NCBI GenBank assembly: GCA_036785375.1 | Contig: JAWMAR010000122.1 | Location: 4,526,001 to 4,590,000 of the forward strand | Reading direction: 5' to 3' | Source: Leucoraja ocellata | Lineage: Eukaryota | DNA: 64,000 nt | In this document: piece after piece, positions 13,008-25,605 of the stretch | Layout of the letters: each line of letters starts with the position of its first letter | How positions within the stretch are numbered: position 1 is the first letter of the stretch | Notes under the pieces: model-generated | Databases searched by the model: none | Told to the model about the DNA's origin: nothing | What the model saw: the letters and a program-made list of their open reading frames with translations, nothing else | Translations under genes and position numbers: made by a program

Positions 13008-13305
13008 GGGCACAGTGGGTGGTGCAGTGGTAGTTACATCCTTACAGCACCAGAGGTTAGATTCTGACTATGGCTGCTATCTGTACGCAGTTTGTACGTT
13101 CTCCCTATGACCACGTGGGTTTTCTCCGGGTGCTCTGTTTTCCTCCCACACTCCAAAGACGTGCAGGTTTGTAGGTTAATTGGCTTTTGTAAAATTGTAA
13201 AATGTCTCTAATGTGTAGGATGTGTTAATATATGGGGTCGCTGGTTGGTGCAGACTCGATGGGCTGAAGGGCCTGTTTCCACTCTGTATTTCTAAAGTCT
13301 AAAAC
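13008..13305 (+). mobile_element. V-SINE
   Basis: Consensus match. Confidence 0.8.
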
Positions 13306-14699
13306 CTAATGAGAGGTTGAAGGTTTCTGCCATAGCTCGCCAGTTTGCTAATTGCTAGCATGCTGGATGAGAAATATTTTTCCATAGAAATTGATTATTT
13401 CTACATTCCCAATAGACTAGGACACATTGTGCGGATCTTACAAAGATTCCTTACTTACCAGTACATTATTTTCTCCTTCATTTAGCCTTGGGCTATGTAA
13501 CCTAAGATGTAATTTACTTAATTTATTTGGGCTTTCTCCAGCACTGTTCTCACTTGTCAACTACTTGATGATGTCTTCTGAAAATTGCTTCCTTTTCACA
13601 TTGAAACCTGTGTCTTTCACTCTGTGAACATTGCTCAGGGCTAATAATTATCATGTTGCCTGGCAACGCTATGTGCACTAGTATTTAAATTGGAATCCCA
13701 GTGGGTTTCGTGCCAGTCCAAAACTTAGAAAACTTTATTTTGTTAAATCGTTTAGTTGAAATTTTTTCTATAAGAAAAAATCAATTTTCTTTTTACAATT
13801 GTATAATTCACAAAAGCAGTGACCCCCAACTTGAATATTTATTTGAAGAGTCATCTGTTCCTCTCACCAATTTCTGTCTGGCATTTGAATAACAAAGGTT
13901 TATACAAATACTATAGATGATAGGAGCATGGTGGGAAACAATATGCACAGATTGGTCTTTGCTCTGAAGCCTGCCGTCTCACCACAGATGCTGCCTGACC
14001 TGTTGTGTGTTTCTGAATATTCAGTTTTCATTTCAGAGTTCCAGAATCGTTTTGTTTTTTAATACTCTATTGAGGATATTGGACTTTGTCTATGGTACTA
14101 TTGGACTACAATGCCGAGAAGACTATTCTGTACTCTGCATATTCCCCTCTGCTCTATCTATTGTACTTGAATTGGAAGACTGTATCTATGTATGGTATAA
14201 TTGGTTAGCATGCAAAACAAAGCTTTGCACTGTACCTCGGTACACGTAACAATATTAAGCCTAACCTAAGCTAATTATTATGCTGAAGATCAGTCCTAAG
14301 AAACTATTGCTCAATTCAATTTTCACCATATTCTCACATCGATATTTCACTAGATATAAACTATCTATGTTCTCCATCTGATAGTGTGGAAAATTGCCTA
14401 ATTATGCTCTATACACAAAAGAGTGTAATTAGCATTCTATCAGCCTGCACACATTCAACAGCGATGCATGAAAGTAGTCTTCATTTATACCTTAACGTAC
14501 CATTAATACGTCAAGTGCTCACTGATATTTCAAGTTCTGCTAAAACTGTTTCATTCTAGATCTCATGCAAGCTTTGATTTAGTTATTCCCGCAAGAGTTG
14601 CTGGTAGCAAAGAAGCAGATGCTCTCAAGAACAAAGCACCCTTCTTTAGTGTCCTGGGTCTGAAGAGATGGTCCCAACTCGAAACATCGCCTGAAAATC

Positions 14700-15022
14700 T
14701 GGAGAAGGCCCTCGACCCCGCTGTGAGGGAATGGGAAGAACAATGGCGGACCCGACGTGGGGGGACCATCAATCAGGGAGGGAGGGGGAAGAACAATGGC
14801 AGTGGGGTGTGGGGGAACCCCTCCCTCGTGTGGGGGAACCGCTGTGGGGGGTGGGGGGGGGGGGGGGGGGGGGGGAGAACAAAGAAGGAGCCGGTGAGCT
14901 TTGCAACTTTGTCAGTGCCATAGATGGCCACTATTTGTATACATTGAGTATTCAAACAAAGAATTTCACTGTGCCTTGTCACATGTGACAATAAAATATT
15001 CCATTCCATTCCATTCTATTCC
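14700..15022 (+). mobile_element. Short retroposon with Rex-like 3' end and (TTCCA)n tail, inserted in a PLE repeat
   Basis: G-rich body, then gaatttcactgtg...acatgtgacaataaa, then ttccattccattc. Confidence 0.55.
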
Positions 15023-15089
15023 AAAACATTATCTGTTCATTCCCTCCTCATGTGCGACCTGACCTGCTGAGTTCCTCTGGATGCATCCC

Positions 15090-15525
15090 AGACTACCACA
15101 TAAATCAACCTCCCTACCATTGACTCCCTCTACACATCATCCTGCCTCGGCAAGGCCACCAGCATAATCAAGGATGAGTCTCACCCAGGTCACTCCCTCT
15201 TCTTCCCTCTCCCGTCAGGCAAGATGTGAAAATACATACCTTCAGATTCAGAGACAGCTTCTTCCCAGCTGTTATCAGGCAACTGTTTCATTAGATCAAC
15301 AACTAGAGAGCAGTTCTAGGCTACTATTTACCACATTGGAGACCCTCAGACTATCTTTAATTGGACTTTACTGGACTTTATCTTGCATTAAACATTATTC
15401 CCTTTATCACGCATCTGTACACTGTGGATGCCTCGATTGTAATCATGTATAGTCTTTCCGCTAACTGGTTAGCATGCAACAAAAGCTTTTCACTGTATCT
15501 GACAATGAACTAAATAAAACCAAGC
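15090..15525 (+). mobile_element. Rex/Babar LINE 3' fragment
   Basis: Collinear with ~910-1350. Confidence 0.8.
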
Positions 15526-16039
15526 TTTATATTTTGCTCAATATTCCAGCATCTGCAGTTTCTTGTCTCCAGTCAAGTTATAGCATTTTATGCTGTCCTG
15601 ACATTTCTTTCAGATGTGAAGGGGTAGATGACGAAACACTTCCAATTCCTGCTCTCCATAGATGCTGCGTCACCCGCTGAGTTACTCCAGCATTTTGTGT
15701 CTACCACCTCTGTCCTCACAGATTTCCCCCAGGATGGTCAATACACTCTGTATCAACGAACTATCCATTGAGTGGAGTCGTTTGGTTGCATGGACTACAT
15801 TCTGTTCTTTGACAACTCACTGGTTGATAACAGCTCTTGAATTAAATTAATGCCACTGATAGAGATACTTTTCAATTATTCAAAGAGATCTAAATTATTA
15901 AAAATTTGAAAAATACTCCAAAAAAAAGAAAACTAACCAAAAATATCTCAAATGCTAATAATTTAAACAGTTAAACTATCCATATAGGTGTGATACTTAT
16001 CACACCTATATGGATAGGAAACTTTCTGAGGGATATGTA

Positions 16040-16175
16040 CTAGTGTACTAGTCAGGTCTCTACTATTTATTTCATTCCGCTTACATGTTTTTCCTCTACT
16101 TGCTAAATTTTTGTAAGGTGTCCTTGAGACTCTTGAAAGACGCCCATAAATAAAATGTATTATTATTATTATTAT
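16040..16175 (+). mobile_element. L2-type LINE 3' tail inserted in a CR1 remnant
   Basis: tgtaaggtgtccttgag...gaaagacgcccataaataaaatg followed by (TAT)n. Confidence 0.6.
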
Positions 16176-16339
16176 ATGGGCCAAATGTGGGCAAGTGGAC
16201 TAGTGCAGATGGGGCATCATTGTCAGCATGGGCTAGTTGTGCCGAAGGACCCGTTTCCATGCTGTATGACTCTGACCCTCTCATGGAACCCATCCATATA
16301 TTGTTCTCCCTGAGTTAATGTTGATGAGGTAATCAGATG

Positions 16340-16895
16340 GAGACACAAGAAACTGCAGTTGTTGGAATATTCAACAAAAAAAACATACATCAGCAAGACC
16401 GAGCTCAGACTGGGCGATACACCAAACACCAACGCCAAGTCCGTCTTAGCCTACATGATCTCCTTGTTACCTAACATCTTAACTCTCCTTCCCATTCTCA
16501 TACAGACCCCACTGTCAGTGTGAAGCCAAATTGGAGGAACAGCACTTCATATTTCATGAGCAGCTTACAACCCAGCAGTATGAATATTGATTTCTCTCAT
16601 TTCAAGTAATCCTTGCATTCTCTCTCTCTCCATCCCTCCCGTACCCTGGTCGGCCTGCGAATTTCACTGTCCGTATTCCTTTGTTATCATCTCCTCCACA
16701 GCCAACAATGGACCATTGTGAGCTCTTTGGTCATCGGCGCCATCTTTGATTTGTTCTGTACCACTTCATACCTCTAGTTTCCCTCTCCCCTGAATCTCAG
16801 TCTGAAGAAGGGTCTCAACTTGAAACGTCATCTATTCGTTTCTCTTGAGATGCTGCCTGTCCCGCTAAATACTCCAGCACTTTGTGTCTATCTTC
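16340..16895 (+). mobile_element. PLE 3' fragment preceded by a short inverted tail
   Basis: GIY-YIG remnants (aaattggaggaacagcacttcatattt; caacccagcagtatgaatattga) and a hammerhead-like core at ~16800-16833. Confidence 0.8.
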
Positions 16896-17162
16896 TTCAA
16901 TCTGATCATCAGATGCTCTGATATCTGACCTCCTCCATGTTTGATGGAGTATATGTGGAATTCTGAAATGGATTGATGTCCACAGGATTGACATTTGGTG
17001 AATGCCTGCAAGAACCATGACAGATGTCAAGATAATGAGTCAGCGACACAAAGTCCTGAGATCGAATTAAAGGTTGTCAAACTGTGAAAGGCAAATTCAA
17101 AAATGTGGTAATTTATGCGTTGGCAACATCAAAGATGAACATGTCAGTTATCAACTTCAAAG

Positions 17163-17350
17163 ACAGATTCAAAGTACTGGAGTAACTCAGCAGTCAGGCA
17201 GCATTTCTGGAGAACATGGTAGGTGACATTTTGGGTTGGGATCCTTCTTCAGACTGCAGAAGATGCTAAGATGCTGCCTGACCTGCTGAGTTACTCCAGT
17301 ACTTTGTGTATTTTCTTTTGCAAACCAGCATCTGCAGTTCCTTGTTTCTA
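17163..17350. mobile_element. Inverted doublet of the PLE terminal repeat
   Basis: Left arm aaagtactggagtaactcagca and right arm tgctgagttactccagtacttt. Only the right arm carries the tail. Confidence 0.8.
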
Positions 17351-17464
17351 TCAATTGTCAACTTATTGTAAAGTAAAATAATTTAAAGAATATATAGTAC
17401 AGCACAGGAACAGGTCCTTTGGTCTACAAAGCCTGTACCAAACATGAATTCAAGACCAAATCTT

Positions 17465-17731
17465 TAAGTTTAGATATACAAGGAAACAGGTCCTTTGGCC
17501 CACTGAATAGACCAGCAGACACTTGTAACCTAGTTCTATCCTACACATGAGTTTACAGAAGCCAATTAATCTACAAACCGACACGTTTTTGGAATGTGGG
17601 AGGAAACTGGCGCACCCAGATAAACACACATGGTCACAGGGAAAATGTATAAAATCCGTACAGACAGCACCCATCGAACCAGGGTCTCTTGTGCTGTAAG
17701 GCACCAGATCCACTGCTGCACTGGTGTGCCC
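17465..17731 (-). mobile_element. V-SINE
   Basis: Consensus match. Confidence 0.75.
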
Positions 17732-17789
17732 CTTACTCAAGCTAAAGTGTAAATGGAAACTGATTTGTCCCAAGCTGTGTGAATTGTGA

Positions 17790-18135
17790 GAATAGAGGAA
17801 GGGATGAAGGTGGAAGAGGGTGGAGGCAAGAGAAGGGGGGGGGGGGGGTTGTGGTGGGAGAAGTGGGTGTGCATTCCGTTGGGGCACATGGAAGAAAAAA
17901 GCAAAAAGAGGACGTGGGGGAGGGGGAGGGGGGTTGGTGTTGTTGGTTAATGACCTAAATTTGGAGAATTCAATGTTCATACCATTGGGTTGCAATCTAC
18001 CCAAGCAGAGGCAGGGTGCCAATCCAAAATGTCACCTCTCCAAATTCCCCAGTGATGCTACCTGAACCACTGAGTTACTCCAGCATGTTGTGTTGTTTTG
18101 CTCAAGATTCCAGCATCTGCAGTTCCTACTGTCTT
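17790..18135. mobile_element. PLE minus-strand fragment joined to a plus-strand terminal repeat
   Basis: gagaattcaatgttcataccattgggttgc (minus strand LQPNGMNIEFS), followed by an inverted terminal repeat. Confidence 0.75.
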
Positions 18136-18184
18136 ATCTTAAACAAGGTTCATTCAGTTTTGTGTGAACATTTGGAAGCACTCA

Positions 18185-18745
18185 TGGAGTCAGAGTCATA
18201 CAGTGGGGAAGCAAAGCCCTTTAGGCCAACTTGCGCACAATGGCCAACATGTCCCACTCACACTGGTCCCACCTGCCTGTGTTTGGCCAATATCTTAAAC
18301 TTAAACTTTGCAATAGTACCTGCCTCACCTACCTCCTCCGGCAGCTTATTCCATATACCCACCACCCTTTGTGTGAAAAGGTTACTCTTCAGATTACTAA
18401 TAAATCCTTCCCCCCCTCACCTTAAATCTATGTCCTCTGGTTCTCAATTCCCCTATTCTGGGCAAGAGACTCTGTGCCCAATCAATTCCTCTCATGATTT
18501 TCTACACCTCTATAAGATCACCCCTCATCCTCCAGTGCTCCAAGGAATCGAGTCCCACCCTGCTCAACCTCTCCCGACAGCTCAGGCCCTCGAGTACTGG
18601 CAACATCCTAATAAATCTTCTCTGCACCCTTTCCAGCTTGACAACATTTTTCCTATGGTGACCAAAGCTGAACACAATACTTTAAATGCGGCCTCACAAA
18701 CATCTTATACAGCTGCAACATGACCTCCCAACTTCTATACTCATC
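18185..18745 (-). mobile_element. CR1/HER1-like LINE 3' fragment
   Basis: The minus strand encodes remnants of the CR1 C-terminal region (KLERVQRRF, RRMRGDL, TRGH). Confidence 0.8.
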
Positions 18746-19332
18746 TCTACTATTCTATACACATTCTATACACTTCCTCCATGTTGAAACAATAGTAGAA
18801 TGGACACTGTGATGAAACATAGGGGTTGACCCAGAATGGACAAGTCAATCAGTCTGAAAAATACTGCTTGTAAAATAAACAAGAGCTGTTATATGTGGAG
18901 CTGTTATACATAATTGAACTGGGAACTGGCAGTCATTTGAAAATAGATGAACAAATGTTCTGTGAAATAAGCAACTTATTTATATTCCAGGTATAAAGTA
19001 GAAAGGAAAGTAACTTCCCGCATGGACTAACAACTTTCTTGCCGGCAACTGACATTTCACTTAAACTACCTCCATTTGAGCTAGTGCATATAAATGTGTC
19101 AAAATTAATTTACCCAGCTTGGCCTCGGAAGGACTATAATACAGCACAAGACATTATTATGGAAGGATCAAAGAAACAATTCGGAGCCAAGACCTGCGTT
19201 GAATAAATTTCCCATTCCAACTTTTTCCACCATGCATTGACAAGCAGTAAGCAACACAACATTTTATCAGTCAACACAGGGATAATTATGCAGAACAGAG
19301 AGAAATAGCAAAGATATTCTCATTTTAGTTTA

Positions 19333-19420
19333 AGGTAGACAAAAAAGCTGGAGAAACTCAGCGGGTGAGGCAGCATCCCTGGGGCGAAGGAATAGGCAAT
19401 GTTTCAGGTCGAGACTCTTC
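19333..19420 (-). mobile_element. 88-bp PLE terminal-repeat insertion
   Basis: Flanked by CTCATTTTAGTTTA at 19319-19332 and 19421-19434. It is truncated inside the hammerhead core. Confidence 0.8.
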
Positions 19421-19434
19421 CTCATTTTAGTTTA

Positions 19435-19710
19435 GATTAGTTTAGAGATACAGCATAAAAACAGTCGTTTGGCCCAGCGAGTCCATTCGACCATCCATCA
19501 CCCATTCACAGTAGTTCTATGTAATCCCACTTTCTCGTGCACAATAGGGACATTTTTTTTTTGCCAATAAACCCTCATACCTGCACGTCTTTGGGATGTG
19601 GGGGGAAACCGGCACACCTGGAAGAAACCCACATGGTCGCAGGGATCACGAGGTCGTGATCGAACCCATGCCTTTGGCTATGTGAGGAGTGGTTCTACCA
19701 GCTGTGTCAC
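19435..19710 (-). mobile_element. V-SINE
   Basis: Consensus match. Confidence 0.75.
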
Positions 19711-20262
19711 CTAATTCGATTTTCCCATTTTCCATTGTGTTGTGTAATGAATTGGAAAATGGGAAAATCGAATTAGCCGACACAGTTGAGTAGCAACTAC
19801 CATCAACTACCATCAAACTAGATGAGACAGATTTAAAACCGAAATAGCAGCTGACATCTGGGCATCCATGATGTGTTGAGGAACGCTGGGAGCAGCAGCA
19901 ATGTATATCACCACAATAGGAAACCTCAAAGCTTAGCAACCCCCCCCCCCCCCCCCACACTATGTAGCCATTTTGTTTAAATGGATGTTGCAAGCAATTA
20001 ACAACAATGCTACGTAACCTATCAACCACTTCCTGCCATTAATAATTACTAGAGTGATTTTCTTACATTCCTACACATCAATTTGACATTTCCTCAGTCC
20101 TGACATACACAGAATGGAGCCTGAAGAAATATTACAGCAAAACAATAATGTATAATTGATGAAAGATGTCTAGATTTGCTCAACTTGGGAACACTTTCAC
20201 ATTGATTCACCAATAATCCATTCTGGGCTTTTAATCTCAGAAGCCCACACATATTCAGTGGG

Positions 20263-20590
20263 TGAACAAGGAACCACAGACATTAGTTTACACAGACAGC
20301 ATGAGTTGGAGCAACTCATCGGGTCAGGCAGCATCTCTGGAGAACATGGATAGGTGGCGTATCCAGTTGGGCCCGCTCTTCATACTGATTGTAGTTGGGC
20401 GGGGGGAGGGGGGGTGATGGGGGTTTGGTGGAAAAAGCTGGAAGGGAGGGGAAATTGAAGAATTCAATATTCATGCTGTTGGGTTGCAGGCTACCGAAGC
20501 CGGGGAAGGAACCCGACTCAAATGTCACTGATCCATGTTCTCCAGAGATGCTGCCTAACCTGCTAAATTACTCCAGCACTTTATGGCTTT
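20263..20590. mobile_element. PLE-derived inverted pair
   Basis: A minus copy with the LQPNSMNIEF remnant, then a plus terminal repeat. Confidence 0.75.
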
Positions 20591-21599
20591 TTTTTTAATA
20601 TTCTCAGTGGGATCTGACGTAAAGATATTTCATTTCTGAAATGTGGCTCAATAATGGAAGTCATTTTCTTTGAACAGAATGTCAAAATGAATACCAATAT
20701 AATTATATTATGATCTCCATGATCAATAGATTTCACACTCAATATTTGTTTCATGCAGATGCAGATAATCATCCAATCCTCACTCCATGAGACATTTTGA
20801 ACTATTTTTAATACAGTGCTAATGAGCAAAGAAGTGAATACCCGTTATGTTTACATAATCTGCCTTTCCTGTTTAATTCCTAATGCATGTTTGTGGAAAC
20901 TTTATAAATGTTCATATTTACATTTAAAATTAGTTTTATAAATGCAAATCATCACCATAGTTGGTCAATTAACTGCAGGATTCTCAAAAGAATTCTCACA
21001 AATTGCTCTCAAAAATTTAGTCTAATGACCATTTGTTTCCTTAATTGCAGTTAAAACGAGGGTATGAAAATGACCTTTCAAGAATGAATATTAACATCTA
21101 GAAGTTCAATGGTTAATAATGCAAAGTTTGCTTTATAAAAGGTTCTGCCTGGTATGCCCAGCTTGATATTAATTGGAAATTTTGCACGACAGTCTGGGAA
21201 TAAATGTACACACTTGCACACTTCATGATAACATCATTAAACTTATTAGATGAATATTGCATTGATACTCTGCTATGTGTGTTTTGAGTCCTAAGGAAAT
21301 AAGAAAACTTTGGTAGAGGTGTTAATGGACAGAGAGCAATGGTTAAAGTGAAGAACAAGGGATCGGGGAATAATTTTTTCACTAAGAGGATGGTTCTAAT
21401 CCAGATCACATTGTACAAGAAGGTGGTGGTGGCAGGTAAGCATCTAGATCATGAAGGGATAGAAGGCAATCGGCCAAATGCTGGTAAATTGGTATAGATG
21501 GGGGCAATAATCAAGATGGGCATGGTGGGCCAAATAGCCTGTTGTTGAACTATCCCTCTCTTTGAGCCTGTGATCTCTCATTATCAGTGTGATCACGTC

Positions 21600-21958
21600 G
21601 TCATCTCCCCTCTCCCATCAGGCAAGAGTTTCAGAAGTGTGAAAACAAATACCTCCAGATTCAGGGACAGTTTATTCCCAGTTGTTATCAGGCAACTGAA
21701 CCATCCTTTCAACAACTAGAGAATGGTCCTGACCTACCATCTACCTCGTTGGAGACCTTCAAACCATCTTTAATCAGACTTTACTGGACTTTGTCTTGTA
21801 CAAAACATTATCCCCTTCATCCTGTATCTGTACACTGTAGATAGCTTGATTGTAATCATGTATTATCTTTCCACTGACTGGATAGCATGCACCAACAACA
21901 CTTTTCACTGCACCTCAGTACACGTGACAATAATAAACTAAACTAAACTAAACTAAAC
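21600..21958 (+). mobile_element. Rex/Babar LINE 3' fragment
   Basis: Collinear with ~1015-1354. (TAAAC)n tail. Confidence 0.8.
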
Positions 21959-22294
21959 ATTTGTGAGGCAAAACTCTGAAAGAATGTTTATCATTTTCCA
22001 ATACGAGGAGAACTATAGCAATGTAAAGAGCAACTTAATTCACATTAGATTTATCTTACAGGTGCCCCATCCCCTGAACTCTTTCACCATTTCCAGCAAT
22101 GCTGGTGCCCTGAGGCTGCAATATACATTCAACTGCATCGTCAACGAGCATAATATGACTGTATCTCCAGGCCTTACACGATATAAACTTCAAAATGACT
22201 GAAACCTCCAAATGACCCTAAATGTTCTAATATATCTTACACAGGAACGTATGCCTTTAATATTATAATCCTGCCATACATTATAAACATAAAA

Positions 22295-22710
22295 CTCCCC
22301 TTCACCTGTATCCACCAATTAATTAGAAACAAAGAACTGCAGATGCTGGTTTATAGCAAAGATAGACACAAAGTGTTGGAATAAATCCACGGGTGAGACT
22401 GCATCTTTGGAGAATAAGAATGGATGACGTTTTGGGAAGAAATTTTGAGAAGAGTCCAGACCCTGAAACATCACCCATAGTTTTTTTCCAGAGATGTTGT
22501 CTGAGCCACTGAATTACTCCAGCATTTTGCGTCTATTCACCTATTACATGCCAGGCTTTGTCCTGCCCCTTCTCTCTTCCGGCTTTATTTACCCCCACCA
22601 ATCCCCGCACAATCAGCCTGAATTAGAGTCCTGACCTGAAACGTCACTTATCCATGTTCTCCAGAGATACTGCCTGATCCACTGAGTTACTCCAGCGTTT
22701 TGGGTCATTT
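22295..22710. mobile_element. PLE inverted doublet nested in another PLE 3' fragment
   Basis: The doublet at ~22322-22533 is flanked by TATCCACCAATTA and TATTCACCTATTA. The host fragment continues to a terminal repeat ending ~22710. Confidence 0.7.
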
Positions 22711-23477
22711 TTTATTATTATAATCATAGCACCATTACTACAAGGAAAGGAACAATTCACCTAGAACCAATTCTCAGAGTAAATTGGGGATGGATAATAA
22801 AAGGATTACTGCTGTCTCACAGATGATTTATTTATAAAACTAAACTACAATTCTCCTGCCAAATAATAGTGAGTTTAATGGCTCTCACGAACATACATGT
22901 ACATTTTTCCATTATTCAGCAATTTTAGTTGAGCAAGAGATATCCTGTGAATTTCATATAGTGACAGGTTACTGGATAAAATGTGATGCTCTGTTATCTG
23001 TCTTGTGAAAATATAAACTGGCTTTCAAGTTCTTGTGAATTTTATAAAACTGTTATATTTCTGCATTAATTGCCAATTAAATATCATATAATGTTAGTGC
23101 TGATGCTTCACGGCATTAATCTCTTTGGTTAAGGGTTAATAATTGATTGGATTGTTGTTTATTATATATTATTGATATGCATTGTGTTTACAGGCCTGCT
23201 TTGCTGCTGCAAGTAAGAATTTCATTAGTTTAGTTTAGAGAGTTTAGTCTAGAGATACAGTGTGGAACCAGGTCCTTCGGCCCACTGCATCCACGCCGAC
23301 CAATGATCACCCATTCACACCAGTTCTATGTTATTCCAATTTTACATCCAATACACAAGGGACAATTAACAGAAGCCAATCAACTTGTACACCTGCACAT
23401 CTTTGGAATGTGGGAGAAAACTGGAGCTCCCAAAGAAAACCCATGTGGTCACAAAATTAATGTGCACACTCCACAGA

Positions 23478-24440
23478 ATAAAATTCCGGAAGTGGCGGCG
23501 CTGTTAACAGCTGCGGCTCGCCTGCAGTCCGTCTGTCTTTACTTTTTGTTGTTGTTTTTTTTGTCTTGTTTTAGCTAAGTTTTAGTTTGTTGGGTTGTGT
23601 TATGGGGGGAGGGGGGGGGTGAAACATGTTTCTTTGTCTCTTCCTTCAGGGGAATGCGACTTTTTCTTGTCGTATTCCCCTTCTCTGCCTCCGTCTGCGC
23701 TGAGGCCTAATGGCAGAGCTGGCGGTCTCCAACCTGCGACCGACCTCAAGGCTCCGGAGGCAGAGCCAGCCAGGACTTACCAACGCGAGGCTGGCCGTCT
23801 TCGGGGTCGATGCAGCGGTGGCCCGACTCGCTGATGCGGCGTTCCAGCTTTCGGCAGCGGCCCAAAGCTGAGACTGCGGGACTTGGAGCTGATGCAGCGG
23901 CCCGGGGCTGGGGCTGCGGAACTCGGGGCTAATGCAGCGGGACTTGGAGTTGAGGCAGCGGCCCGGAGCTGTTGCAGCAGGACTCGGAGCTGTTGCAGCA
24001 GCCCGGGACTGGGGCTGCGGGACTCGGAGCTGATGCAGCAGGACTCGGAGCTGAGACTGCGGGACTCGGAGCTGTTGCAGCGGGACTCGGGGCTGATGCA
24101 GCGGGACTCGGAGCTGAGGCTGTGGCCGGCCGACTCGGAACGGAGCGGAGACAGTGTTCCAGCTTTCGGCAGCGGCGACATCACCACGGAGCTCCACTGG
24201 ACTGGAGAGCGGCATCTTCGGCCTGGATCGATCGCCTCAGCGCAGAGGGAGAACAAGGAGGGAAGAGACAGAGACGAAGACTTTTGCCTCCATCACAGTG
24301 AGTAGGTGCTTGGTGAACTCACTGTGGTGGATGTTAATTTGTGTTTATTGTATGTTTTGTTATTTATTGTTACTGTGTATGACTGCAGGCAACGTAATTT
24401 CATTCAGAATTTGAATCAAATTCAAATTCAAATTCAAATT
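23478..24440 (+). mobile_element. Non-autonomous GC-rich retroposon with internal VNTR and (CAAATT)n tail
   Basis: Starts near CCGGAAGTGGCGGCG, has 18/21-bp tandem repeats at ~23875-24125, a 3' stem-loop at 24289-24331 and a tandem tail. It interrupts a V-SINE. Confidence 0.75.
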
Positions 24441-24669
24441 CACACAGACAGCACCCAAGGTCACGATTGAACCCGGGTTTCTACCGCTGTGAGGCAGAAG
24501 CTCTAGCACTGCACCACTATGCCACCCTATTGTTCTGTTTTTGGTACATATGACAATTAAACATTTTTGATACTGTATAATGTGTTGGTCAGGTTGTCTA
24601 TGACAATTTCAAAAGTCCTGTTATTAGGGCAAATCCATAGAGAAATAAACAGTGAACAAAATGAATTTC

Positions 24670-25100
24670 AACTAGCTTCAGGAAAATTGGACACCGAATA
24701 GTGGAGAGTGAAGAAGACCTCCTTTGATCTCCTTCGACCTCCCTTTGACTATGTTGAAGACTATCCACGACTACCTTCGACTACCTTTGTTTACCTTCGA
24801 CAACTCTCGATTACCTACGAATAAAATGCCGACCTACTACGACCTACTTCGACTAAACCCACGAGTGAAAAAATATTTATTTTTTTCCATGGCGACCTTT
24901 TTTTAATCACGGGCATTTTTCAGCATGTTGAAAAATACGCCGCGACCTAACTGAGGCCTCGAGTATGTGGGGACTTTTCTCGAGCATTAAGGAGAGTTAC
25001 AAAGATCTCCGAGGACCTCGTGTCGACCATGCTGCGAGTATGAGTCGAGGGCAAACTCTTCTAAACTCGCCAATTTGGTCGCCGCAGTGGGACAGCCCCT
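24670..25100. mobile_element. One-ended Harbinger-type MITE
   Basis: The right TIR CAGTGGGACAGCCCCT is followed by TTA. It shares the internal palindrome of the 40323 element. The left TIR is missing. Confidence 0.7.
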
Positions 25101-25269
25101 TTAGACCTTTGACTGTAAAGATACAGCCGTTCGGCCCACTGATTATGTCTTTGGAGCATGGGAGGAAACCGGAGCACCCGGAGAAAACCCATGTGGTCAC
25201 AGGGAGGATGTACAAACTCTGTACAGTTAGCTCCCATGGTCAGGATCGAACCTGAGTCTCTGGCACTTT

Positions 25270-25570
25270 AATCATATTCATAATAATAATCCTAATCATA
25301 CTTTATTAGCCAAGTATGTTTTGCAAAATATGAGGAATTTGATTTGCCATACAGACATACCAATAAAAAGCAACAAAACACACAAAATACATTCTAACAT
25401 AAACATCCACCACAGTGACTCCTCCGCATTCCTCACTGTGATGGAAGGCAAAAAAAAAAGTTCAATCTCTTTTCCTCGTTCTCCCGCGGTCGGGAGCCTC
25501 GAGCCTTCCGTTGACGAGGCGACCTTGGCTCCCGTAGCCGGCGCATTGGGGCGATCAAGCTCCTGCATCA
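25270..25570 (-). mobile_element. Related non-autonomous retroposon (divergent subfamily)
   Basis: Same 3' stem (ccatcacagtga...tcactgtggtgg) with a different loop, a GC-rich body and an ATT-rich tail. Confidence 0.65.
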
Positions 25571-25605
25571 GGAGCAACTCCACGACTGCGCCGCTGTGCC
25601 ACACC

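Noticed and set aside
14853-14875. Long poly-G/poly-C runs (also ~28025, 28440, 57815, 58567) as G-quadruplex elements
   Set aside because: They lie within repeats and their lengths are prone to slippage and sequencing error. There is no independent evidence of function.
18016-18723. 235-aa ORF on the plus strand
   Set aside because: It is an antisense read-through of PLE and CR1 fragments.
23646-24305. Four overlapping 109-189 aa ORFs on both strands
   Set aside because: They arise from a GC-rich VNTR with unit lengths divisible by 3 inside a retroposon, and show no domain similarity.
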